Source: Phyllobates terribilis
Lineage: Eukaryota
Direction of reading: 5' to 3'
Length of the DNA: 64,000 nt
Assembly: GCF_046119375.1 (NCBI RefSeq)
Contig: NW_027362763.1
Location: forward strand, 61,318,001-61,382,000
Shown here: positions 12,639 through 24,200 of the stretch, piece by piece
Numbering within the stretch: the stretch's first letter is position 1
How the letters are laid out: each line of letters begins with the position of its first letter
Notes under the pieces: model-generated
What the model saw: the letters and a program-made list of their open reading frames with translations, nothing else
Database searches by the model: none
Told to the model about the DNA's origin: nothing
Position numbers and translations under genes: made by a program

Positions 12639-14879
12639 TTAACCCCTTACTGACGTGGGCGTATTAGTATGCATAACGACGGTACCCCGGGTTCAGTGTG
12701 GGCTCCGGCGCTGAGCCCGCACTGAACCGGGCACGTCAGCTGATATATACAGCTGACATGTGCCCGCAACAGCTGCGGGTGGAATCGGGATCCACCCGCA
12801 GCTGTTAGCCAGTTAAATGCCGCTGTCAATCTCTAACAGCGGCATTTAACTTGCACTTCCGGGAAGCGCGTCACTGACTCCACCCATTGGTGAAACCGTC
12901 ACGTGATCGTGGGGTCTGCTGCAGACCACGGGTTGTCATGCCCAGATTGCTATCAGCGCCACCTATCATTGCAGAAAAATACGCAGCATGTCCATTAATT
13001 TTGCGGACACGCAGCGTAATTGCCGCCATTGACTTGCATTGAATCGCATAATATCTGTGTGAGCACATGTGCACAAGCGGATATTATGCGATTCTATGTG
13101 AGGATGGTACCCGGGTCTGGAGAAGAGGAGACTCTCATCCAGACCCGGGTACCATAGAAACTGTATAAAAAAAAAAAAAAAAAGTAAAATAAAAAATAAA
13201 GATTATACTTACCTTCTGATGGCCCCCGGTCTTTTCTCCACTGAGTCCATATCTTGTATGGCTCGCAGTGGTGTGAAAGGACCTGCCATGACGTCATTTA
13301 GTCATGTGACAGGTCACGCGACTGCCGACTTCAACATGACTAAATGAAGTCATGTAAGGTCCTTTCACACCACTGCGAGCCATACATTTTTTTTTTTTTT
13401 TTTAACTATTACTTGGTCACACTATATCAATCCATGCCGGTTGCATGGATTTATATAGTGTGACCAAGTTGTCAAGCGATGCTAAAATCGCTTGGAAAAG
13501 CGCTTGATAACTCGCATGCAGAAATGCATGCAAAAACGCGTGACAAACGCTTCGGCTGTGTGCCCACGTAGCGTTTTTCAAGCGTTTTTGATGCGGAATT
13601 TCCGCAGCGGAAACGCTTGTAAAACGCTTGGTAACCCGCACCCCATGGTCCCCAATGGGATTCCGCAAGTTCTATGCACATGCTGCGGATTTTTCCGCAG
13701 CGTTTATGCTGCGTTCAAAAATCCGCAGCATGTCAATTAATTTTGCGTTTCCGCAAGCAGAATTGCCATAGTCCAATGCATAAAAAACGCAAGGCAATTC
13801 CGCATGTGGAAAACGCGTGATAAACGCGCGAAAAACGCGTGCGGAATTCCGCATGCGTTTTTCCGGGAGAGGACTTGCATTTATGCAGCAGAAATTTTCT
13901 GCTTCATAAATGCAACGTGGGCACATAGCCTTCTACCTGGCGGGAAAAACGCATGTAAAATCCGCATGCGTTTTTCCTGCCAGGGAAAAAGCGTAAAAAA
14001 TATGCAGCATTTCTGCATCGTGGGCACTTTGCCTCTGTTAGGCTATCAGATAACTGCTGCTTCTAGTCTCCCATGGAGACTATTGAAGCAAGTAGAAAGT
14101 GTAAAAAAAAAAAATGTTTTTAAAAGTATTAAAAAAATAAAAAAAATATAAAAAAAGTTTAAAATCTCCCCCTTTTCGCCCCAATCAAAATAAAAAAAAA
14201 ACCCACATGCATATATTTGGTATCGCTGTTCACAACTGTTTGATCAATATAAAAAAATGAATCCGATCGGTACATGGCGTAACGAGAAAAAAATAATAAT
14301 TCTAAAACGCCAGAATTACGTTTTTTTGGTTGCCGCAACATTGCAATAACGGATGATCAAAACATTGGATCTACCCCAAAATGGTATCAATAAAAACATC
14401 AGCTCGGCACGCAAAAAATAATCCCTCACCCGGCCCCAGATCCCGAAAGATGGAAGAGCTACGGGTCTCGGAAAATGGCGTTTTTTTTTTTTTTGTTGGT
14501 TTGTTTTTTTAAGCAAACTTTGGATTTTTTTTCACCACTTAAATAAAAAAAGAACCTGGAGAATAAGAATGGCAGGTCAGTTTTAGAATTCAGTAAACAT
14601 GGTAAAAGAAAAAAGAAAAAAACAAAAAAAAAACAAAAGACAACTGTGGCATTGCACTTTTTTTGCAATTTCACCGCACTTGGAATTTTTTTCCCCGTTT
14701 TCCAGTACATGATATAGTAAAACCAGTGATGTCGTTCAAATGTACAACTCATCCCGCAAAAAATAAGCCTTTACACAGCCATATTGACTGAAAAATAAAA
14801 AAAGTTCTGGCTCTGGGAACAAGGGGAGCAAAAAGTGCAAATGCAAAAAAGGAAAATGTTCCGGTCATTAAGGGGTTAA
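12639..14879. mobile_element. TTAA-flanked non-autonomous DNA element with nested Harbinger-like MITE(s)
   Basis: Ends ttaaccccttactgac ... gtcattaaggggttaa. Nested part ~12960-14030 is an inverted homolog of 47401-48318 (shared gatggtacccgggtctgga hairpin; cgtgggcacatagcct terminus). Confidence 0.7.
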
Positions 14880-15213
14880 AATCCAGCATCTGCCGATAGG
14901 TTTTGCAGCTGATCGGTTTGAGAGTCTATATTACACTGTACAGCATTAAATGGCTGCTGACCGGCAATGTATTTGACGATCACTTACTAGTCTGTTCACA
15001 CAGGTAAACCGCACTTCAGACGCGTAGTAAACGATCAGTAAGAGATCGTTCCGTATGCATAGGCCGCCTTTGTTCTCACAGGACGATGGTCGGATAATCG
15101 GCAGCCTGGTTTTGATTCCGGGTTATTGTGAAAACTAAAGGGCTTAGGAACGCTCGTTTGAGATAATCGCGCCCTGTAAATGGATATCAAATGCCAGGTG
15201 TCGGACCCCTTAC

Positions 15214-15348
15214 CCAAACTATCCAGAGAAAAACCTGAAAGTACATTACCAAAGTCCTCACTGCCACATGGTATCCCATCCATCAAAGCATGATCCAGGA
15301 CTTCTTCATCCAGGTCATCAAGTTCTTCAGAATATAAGTCCATGGTGT
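15214..15348 (-). CDS. TDRD6: TDRD6 exon 2 (135 nt, acidic)
   Basis: Acceptor ttttttaacag and donor G|gtaagg; phase 1-1; DTMDLYSEELDDLDEEVLDHALMDGIPCGSEDFGNVLSGFSLDSL. Confidence 0.8.
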
Positions 15349-15779
15349 CTGTTAAAAAATAACATCAAATCAATATAATGCAAAAAGTAGAACTAAATCA
15401 GAAAAGAAAATCAAAATATATGTTCTGTGTAAAATAAGAAGGAAACCTAAAAATCTGCAGTTTATAAAGCTTCCGCTTTTGGACATGTTCAGACAAACTT
15501 TGGGAGCCCCACAAAATCCAAGGATAGTACAGCTTGGCTATCTTCGGCAGTACCAGTAAGGATGAATGGAGCATAATTGAAAAAAAAAAAAACCAGACAC
15601 CTACTCCATTCATACAAGGCTCCAGGAAGCCAGCTTTGGTAGGAGTTTCTTAGGATAGGGGATAATATTCAATATTGGTACAAGACTAGTACCAGAGTTT
15701 AAATAATGTATGCTCTACATTAAAAAAAAAAACCTAGAAGACAAATTAGGATTAGTTTACAAGAACCAGTTCATCTCAC

Positions 15780-18700
15780 CTTTAAACCCATCTGTGGCAC
15801 TTTCTTGCTCTTCGCTATGATAGGGGTAGACATCATCACTCATCATATCCTTCTGTATGGGGTGGTCTTCTCCAGCAAGACTTGTGCGAGGCTGATCGGC
15901 TTTCATTAAGTCAACGGAGCTCAGGTCGTCCGGCTCTAGGTCCATACTCTGCACACCTTGCCAAAAGTTTTTCATTTCTTCGTTAATATTTAGTTCTTTA
16001 TATTTAATGGTTACAATTGCCATCGGTATCTGGCACCATCCGCTTTCTTGCACTTCACAAACCGTTAATTCCAGCGCATCTTCAGTAAACCTCTCATAAA
16101 AATATTGTTTGCCTTCCGAACTCCAGGTTCCCCCTTTCATGTCGAAGTTCGCCAGGCAGCACGAGAACGCTTGGGGAGGGAAGTTTACCAAGGATTCAGG
16201 AAGTTGCCGGATTTGGTCTCGCCCCACCGAGTCTTCGTTACCGTAGTCGATAAATCTGACGGTCACCAGATCTTCTTCCATTTTGGTAATGATAGCCCTG
16301 TACCAATTGTGATCCTCGCTAAACATGACATTGCAAGGGCTGCCGATCTTAAGGGAACCAGTAAAGTTGTCATCCTTGACATACTGTTCTCCAGCCACTT
16401 GGACTTGTGACGCTAAAGTGTCCATATCCACAGACGACAGCTGACACCAGAAACATTCAGGGCCATCTGCTGTACTGATATACACTTTTATGGATACTCC
16501 AGTTGGAGGCAACCTCCAAGCAAAGGACTGAACAGAAGTTTCTTCCTCCCTCGCAATCCTCATCTTCATGACCATTCTGTTTGCCTCCTCGACATTTTTC
16601 TGCTCTTCATTCAGCAGGTCATTAATGCAACCCAGGTTATCTTTAAGAACAACGTCCCACTTCAGACCATCTTGTTTCAGAAACTCACAATCTAGAACAT
16701 CACTCGTTCTTTTGGAAAACTCTGCCAGCATCTCCTCCAGGTTCGGTGCGGACAATGCGTTCTCAGGTTTATTTAAAGAGCAGTGAATGCTCATTATGGG
16801 AATGGAGAGACACTTCTGTGGGAGTCTGTAGTTCTTACAGTCAGAGACGATAGAAACGTTCCCGTAGTCTATGTACTCTATGCATAACCCTTGCTTGGTC
16901 GTTTCTTTCACCACTCCTCGATAGTACAGGCCATCATCGGGAAAATAAGCACAAATAACGTTTCCTTTGCTCACATCATCATCTCCAAGGTTCTCAAAAG
17001 AACTAGTTTTGCTGTTCAAAATGTCGGATATCTCATCCAGCCTCCTGTCTTCAGCAACCTGCACATAAAAGTCAAAAATAGAGTTGGTCTGGGAAACGTA
17101 CACATGTTCCTTCATTCCAGGGAAAATTTTTCTAATGGGAATATCCCTCAACGTCACCACAGGTAGTTTTGCTTGAGATTTGTGCTCAGATGCACTTACT
17201 GAGGTCTGTTTTTCTGAAGAGGTCTTGTTTCCAACTTGTTTGGGGTCTCGCCCTTGATAAGAACCGTTGGTTGATATTCTAGGGACGATTTCTGTCTTTT
17301 TTTGAGAACTCAAGTCATTAAAACGAGAATTGCAGTCTTTCTTTTCCACTTTATTTTGAAAGGTTGGGTTCCTTCTGTAATGTGGTGGTTCCGGTTCTCG
17401 ATCCATCTCCGAATGGCTATGAAAATTGGATTCTCTGCTTTTAACAGTTTTACCTACGGAGAAAGAAGTTGTTCTTTCTTGGTTGCTTGCATTATCAGGC
17501 AATTTTGTGAAATGATCCTGCTGGAAACTCATGAACTTATCAGGTGCCGAATGATCGGCCTTCTCTTTTGGAACCTTGAAACCCATTTTGCTTTTGAGGG
17601 TGGCATTAATTTGCCAGTCATCATCGTACAGTTCTACCAATAGCATTCCAGCCGAGTCTTTGGAAACAACCCGAGCTCTCAAGGCTTTATCCAAAACGAC
17701 ATCTTTAAACCAGGATACGATTTCTTTAGGAACCTTGGTTGGGATATCTGACAAGGAACATTTTATTGCCTGCATTGGCACCATTAAAAGTTCGCATTCA
17801 GTAGATGGAATGGGTAACAGGTACTTGTTTGAAACTTTTTCAGTGTTGCCAAAGTCGACAAAAAATATCTCGTTGCTTTCATCCTTAGACAGGATAAGAC
17901 CTCGATACCACCGTTGGTCCCTGGACTTTGCCAGACACAGAGCTCCATTGATAGGGGGCAATTTTCTCTTTTGTGATTTTTCTATAAACTTTGTAATATT
18001 TGATGAAATTTGTTTTATGGTATTGCCGCTTCTGGTTAGCTGCCCATAAAACATTAAAGAAGAGTCGACGTGCCTGATATAGATCTCCTCGTCGTTCCCG
18101 TATTTAATGCCATGCATTGAATAGTAGTAGGAGTGAAGCTGTACAGATGGTGACAGGCTTGTGTGATGAAGAGGTGTTGCAGAACCACTTTTCACCAGGG
18201 TATCGCTAGCACTGGAAAATGGGGTCATAAGATCCACAATATTAAACAGCTCGTTGTCCAGGTTGGCAGTTGCGTAAACTAAACAGTGGAATTCGGCCCC
18301 CTTGGAACCATTATGAACAAAATCCAGAAAAACCTTAGTGGCTTTATCATCCCAAACAAAAGGATTGTTCCCAGGAGGGGTAACGATATTGTAGACACTG
18401 CACCTAAAAGCCTGGGCCTTTAATTGGAGAAATTCGCTGTTTAAGGCACGTAGATTCGCAACAGGGACTGTTTCTCGATTGCCATAGTCCACATATAAGA
18501 CCTCAACGGTAGATGTTTGTGACAGGCTTGCCAGATCCTCGATGATGAACCCTCTGTACCATACTCTATTCGACGTACTTTTTGCAAGGCAGGCAAATGA
18601 GTTGTCGTTGTACGGACTATTTGTCGACTTGCAATGGCTCTGTATAGCGTTCATCAAAGCGTTAAGGTCTTGTTTAAAGGCGGCATCCTGACACCAAAAA

Positions 18701-20415
18701 TATCCAGGGTGGTCAACGCTTGACACCACAATCTCGATTGTTGTGCCGGGTTCAAATAACTGTTCTTCAAAGGGACAATAGAGCAAAGTCTCTACATTTT
18801 CTTCATTGTGATCAGCAGCAGCGGTCTCCTGCCCCTTGGTCACGTAATCTGCTGCAGCCGGATTTAAAGCAGTCTTACCTGACTCAACGTGTGCATCTTT
18901 CCCGTTGCTGGCATGGTTGTGAACGGAATCAATCTCCTCAAACCTGGCAAGTCCTACTTTTGTGAGTAGTTTTCCAACATTTGTCTCGTGAATCCTGGAT
19001 TGGTCCATGACCTCTATGGTATACTCGTCCGCATCTTTTGATACCACGTAAATGACAAGTTTTTTGTCAGCGACTGCTACTTTAAAGGCTAGGATGGCTT
19101 CCTGGCTCCAAGCGTTTTCTAGAGGGTACGTGTCGGCAAGGCAGCACCTATTTGCCAATGCTGGAAGTTTAGAAAATCCTGTGGGCAATTCCTTAATGTT
19201 GTACCAGTCCACCGTCTCCAACATCCCATTATCCAGAAAGTAAACTTTCACCTGCTTCTTAGTATCGACAGATATTACTTCAGCGCGGTAATACAAATCT
19301 TGATACCGAGCGCAGCATAGCTGTCCTGGTTTCGGCTCGGTTATGATACCTTCCAATTTAGAGGCTTGGGAATACAGCGTTGTCATCCCGGTAATCATTT
19401 CCTTATGTTTCGCCGCAAATTTTTCAATACGAACCCAAAAATTGAAAGGATCGATGACGAATTCCACCACCGCGTCTTCGAAGATGTCAGTCTTAAGTTC
19501 CACAGGAGGATATTTGGGATTATAGGGAGTGAGTTGAGGTTTTTTTGCAGGAATTTTCATATTACTCTCAGGTGGCAGCTCCGTCGTGCCGGTCGGGTTA
19601 ACCTGGCTTGATCTAAGGATCTGCGACCGCATTCTCACTAAGCCATTGAGGTTCATGCCATCTTCAGCAAACAGGTCGACCACGTACAAGTGTTCGAAGG
19701 AATTGTAGCACTCGATCTTGGCCACCACGTGCCTTTGGAGAAGCAAAGCATGCACATCGGATACAAACATCGGGTCCCAGTTGAAATCGCTGTTGGAAAT
19801 GCCGTACATCGTGCAAGGGAACGTAAACACGGGCAAGCGGAAGAAATCGGGGGCGAGGTTTCGCAGTCGGTTCGCAGGTATAACTTCTTTTTTACCCCAG
19901 TCGACATGGATGACCAGAGCTTGCTGTTTCTCCGGGAAGAACTCCTGCAGCAAGGAGCGGTGCCATCGGCCATCTTCGCCGCAAGACGCACACGGCTGCC
20001 CTAATGTTATCGATAATCGAGATGCCTGGTCTCCGCAGCTTTGCTGCTGGACTTCGTAATACTGGTGCATGCTCTCCGACAGGCGCTGGATTTCGTGAGA
20101 CATGCTCCGGAGCTGGCAAAAGAGGCGATGCGGGTCCAGTACCTGGGTCACCAGCACTGGTTCGGAGACGCCAATCTGAAGACGTGGGCAGAAGTATTCC
20201 ATGGTCACCATGCTAGGAGGCTGGCATGGATTAGCTGCCTGCTGGCGTGGATTGGCTGCCAGGGAGCCTTCAGGGCGTGTAAGGAGCGGATTTGCGCCGG
20301 CGGCCATATTGCTTGTGTCCGGAGTGGAGCTTTGGGGATATCTGTTGGCCGGTCCCGTGTTGGCGGCCATACTACTTGCAGCCTGAGAATATCTGTAGGG
20401 CTGTAGGCCGGACAT
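15780..20415 (-). CDS. TDRD6: TDRD6 giant exon 1: multi-Tudor germline (piRNA/germ-plasm) protein
   Basis: 1560-codon ORF with six extended Tudor repeats (WYRG..YVDYGN, WYRG..FVDFGN, YYRG..YIDYGN, WYRA..FIDYGN etc.). YFCPRLQIGVSEPVLVTQVLDPHRLFCQLRSMSHEIQRLSESM matches a human TDRD6 segment as I recall it. First ATG at 20415 with in-frame TAA upstream at 20467-20469; donor AAAG|gtgaga at 15780; synteny with SLC25A27/CYP39A1. Confidence 0.93.
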
Positions 20416-20559
20416 AATGTCAGGCAGGCCTGGATTCAAGTAGTTTACCAGGTCCTGGACCCTGCCTTAGTGGAGGAAACACAAAAGCCGGGAAGTCCCG
20501 CTTCTATGGCTCTCAGGGTCTTCCTTTTACCGTGACCAGTTGTTGTTTTTTTATCCTCC

Positions 20560-20725
20560 TCCACCCGTATTCCGCCCAACGGTCCCGCACAAACAGCCGC
20601 ACGACTCGGCCGCCGCTGAAAAAGAAGCGTTCTGAGGAAACCCCGCCCTAATGACGTCTGCGTAGCGTTAAGCGAGGGCCGCTCATCGAGATGACGTCAC
20701 CAAGCGGCGACCGCGCTCACAGACG
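20560..20725 (-). promoter_or_regulatory. CpG-rich TDRD6 promoter with CRE and GC box
   Basis: CpG-dense; perfect TGACGTCA at 20692-20699, TGACGTCT at 20652-20659, CCCCGCCC at 20641-20648; 150-300 bp upstream of the ATG. Confidence 0.7.
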
Positions 20726-20842
20726 TGAGGGCAGAGTGTGGGCAAAGTAGCGGAAGGTTCGGCAAAGCAAACTATAGAGCGCCCTATATAAGTGGACAGA
20801 ACCCAGGCCCAGAAGTCCAGGCCCTGATGCAGTTTATGTTAA

Positions 20843-21221
20843 AACTGTCTCAAATTAAGACAATTGTGTTGTCCATAGCAACTAATCACAGCTGCGATTT
20901 CATTTTATTAAAAGCACGTGGGACATGAAAGCTGCGCTGTGATTGGCTGCACTTGCTATGGACAACATTAACTGTCGCAAATGAAGACAATTGTGTTGTC
21001 CATAGCAACCAATCACAGCAGGGCTTTCATTTTATTTAAAGCACTTAGGACATGAAAGCTGCCCTGTGATTGGTTGCACTTGCTATGGACAACATTAACT
21101 GTCGCAAATAAAGACAATTGTGTTGTCCATAGCAGCCAATCAAAGCAGGGTTTTCAGTTTATTAAAAGCACTTGTGACATGAAAGCTGCGCAGTGATTGG
21201 TTGCTATGGACAACATTAACT
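20843..21221. repeat. Three tandem 127-bp hairpin (MITE-derived) units
   Basis: aagacaattg at 20857, 20984 and 21111 (period 127); each unit has arms gttgtccatagcaaccaatcacagc / gctgtgattggttgc..tatggacaac. Confidence 0.9.
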
Positions 21222-21299
21222 CTGACCCTAGTAACCAAAGCCTAGAGGGAACTACCCTACCCAGGATTCAACCTGTGCTTGTACAGATGTATGCACTGT

Positions 21300-24200
21300 G
21301 TGTATGAACTGGGCTCAGGTGCTGACAGCTCCATACAGGGAGCACACTCTAGATGCTGAGATCAGAGCTAGCTCTGATCCCAGCAGTTTAACCTTTTAGA
21401 TGCTGCAGTCAATACTGAACAGCAGCATCTAAGAGGTTGCAAATGAGGGAGGTGTCCATTAGCCACTTGCAATATAATTGCAGGATCCAATTGCATTTTC
21501 ATAGCATAGAAGGACAGACGGAAGGCCCCAATGGCTGCCATGTTTGTAGAACTACAAAGTCCAGCCCATACTACATCTACAGTATGGACGTGTAATGTAC
21601 AGGTTCAAGTTCCCTAGAAAGACCTATAGACAATGTAAAAAAAATAAAAATTATAAAGTGAAAAAAAAGTTTATGTAACACCCACTAACCCCCTTTTCTA
21701 AAAAAAAACCAAATAAAAAATAACATATTTGGTATCGGGCGTGCGCAATGCTCCGATCTCATAATATTTATCCTATACAGTGACTGCCGAAAAGAGGAAA
21801 AAAAATAAAAATGGCAGAATCGATCAGTTTTTATCTTTTGTATAATTTTATTTTCAAACAGAATAAAACAAAAGATCAGAAAGTCATATGGAGCTCAAAA
21901 TGGCGACCTCAAAAACAATAGTTTAAACAACTAAAAAATAAGACTCACACAACGCCATTGATCGAAAAAATAGAAAAGTTAGAGGTCTTGGAAGGTGAAG
22001 AGGAAAAATCATCCAAGGGCCTGCAGCAACCTGGCCCTGCTGGTGACCTCAAGGGCTTGTTCACACTTAGCCTTTTTATATGCGTCTTTTAAGTGTTTTT
22101 TTTTTCATGCGGAAAAAAATAAAAGTTTTTTAATAGCAAAATAAATTCGGTTTCTAAATTGTCATTTACATGATGCTTTTTTTTTCTTTGCATTTTTTTC
22201 ACCTGTGATTTTTAGCACCATATTTTTGTGTCTTCGTTTTTCTTCTTCTTCCCAGAGCCAGAACTCCTTTTATTTTTCTGTCCACATAGATGTATGAGGG
22301 CTTGTTTTTCACAGGACTAGTTGTACTTTTGAATAACACCATTCATTTTACTACATAGTGTACTGGAAAGCAGGAAAAAAAATCCCAAGTGAAGTGAAAT
22401 TCTGAAAAAAAATGCAATTCTGACATTGTTTTTGGAAATTGTTTTTACGGTGTACATCTTATGGTAAAAATGACCTAGTGTATAATTCTAATCATCTGTA
22501 CGATTATGACGATACCAAACATAACAATTTTTTTTATTATGCTAGTGGTGAAAAAATAGATCAGAACTTTGTAAAAAAAAAACGAAAAAAAATTTTTGGG
22601 GGGGCTGTGCCATCATATTCCGAGACCTGTAACGTTTTCATTTTTTGGTCAATGGAGCTGTGTGCGGCTTATTTTTTGTGGGACGAAACAACACTTTTAT
22701 TGATATCATTTTGGGATGGATATGACATTTTGATCGCTTGTTAGAGCATTTTTTGTGGTATTGCAGATACCAAAAAACAGTAATTTTGACGTTCTTGAAT
22801 TTTTTTCATTTATGGTGTTTACCATAATTGTTATATTTTGACAAGATTGGACTTTCCAGAACACGGTGATACCATATATGTGTATTTTTTTATCTTTAAT
22901 GGGGGGGAAAAGTGGGTGATTTAAACTATGGTTGTTTTTTTTTACTTTTTTCAAATTTTGTAAAACTTTTTACATTTCTCACTGCATTTGTTAGTCCCCT
23001 TAGGGGACTTGATCATGCGATCATCTGATCTCTTGTGCTATGTACAGCAATACCACAGTACTGTCGCTCAATTATAGTAAAAATCACGGTGTCCTTTGAA
23101 GCTCGGCCACAGGCAGGATTTCAATGGAGCTCTGTAATGACAAGCATGGAGGTCTTCAGCAGACCTCCGGCTGTCATAGCAAGCCATCGGTGACCCACGA
23201 TCACATCATGGTCACACCAATGGGCGCATGTTATAATGCTCTACCATGCCGGCACGATGATAGTGTCGCTGTCAAGAGTTTGACAACGGTATTAAACAGA
23301 TTAACAATCACGGGTGGCGCTTCACAACAACTGCAGTTGTTAGAGGCCGGTCCTGGCTGTAATACACAGCCATTACCTCCTGGGTATGGGGCGGGCTCAC
23401 CACATGAGCTTCCTCCATACACCTGCTACCGACTTGCAGCGTAAAGGGTTAAACAATGCCGCATGTCAATTCTTCCAAAGTCCTTACTGCATTTTTCCTT
23501 GTTGATCTCAAAATGGCTTAGTGCCAAAAAACACACACACACAAAAAAAAAAAAAAAAATCACCAAAGAAACATGCGGAATTTATGCTAGTTTTTTGACC
23601 ATGAGTTTTTCATGCCGGAATAAAAAAAAGCCTAAAAAAATGTGTGACCATAAAATTATAATAGTTCATAACAAGTTAGCACACGTGTTGTACCTCACAT
23701 ATGTTCTTCATCCCACCTTTCTTAGTGACTGTTTTTCAGAGTAGGTCCTCCTTATATGTAACCCAAATCCATCAGTCCTTTTAGGCTGTGTGCACATGGT
23801 GCGTTTTTTATGTGTTTTTGATGCAGTAAATCCATGCGAAATTGGCCCCAAAAACGCATTGCAAACCTTATCCCAGCATTTTCTATGAGATTTTGCAAGA
23901 TCTGTGCACATGATCAGGATGTTTCCTTACAGAATTTCATGTAAGTTATAAGAAGCACCATGCCCATTCTTTGTGCGTTTTTGCATGCATTATTCCTATA
24001 CGATGCATTGGAAAAAACGCATGGCAAATCCGCAGACAAAAAAGCATGAAAACGGATCAAAAATGCTGCGGATTTTCCGCTGCGTTTCTGCTGCCAAGAG
24101 GTGCAGAACCTTGCAGATAAGTGCTGCAGAAATTTCTGCAAGCAAATCCTGCACAAAACTTTAGGCCATAGTCACACGTTCAGTTTATGGAAGCCAAAAT

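Noticed and set aside
15035-15213. ORF tail after TDRD6 exon 2 as the protein end
   Set aside because: A strong G|gtaagg donor and two downstream phase-compatible exons favour splicing; it could only be a retained-intron isoform
15757-15779. EMNWFL* as the TDRD6 C-terminus
   Set aside because: Read-through past the consensus donor AAAG|gtgaga
16105-20406. Plus-strand and alternate-frame ORFs within TDRD6
   Set aside because: Shadow ORFs of a long GC-rich coding exon; no motifs
20416-20439. ORF-track start at 20439
   Set aside because: The codon is TTG; the first ATG is at 20415
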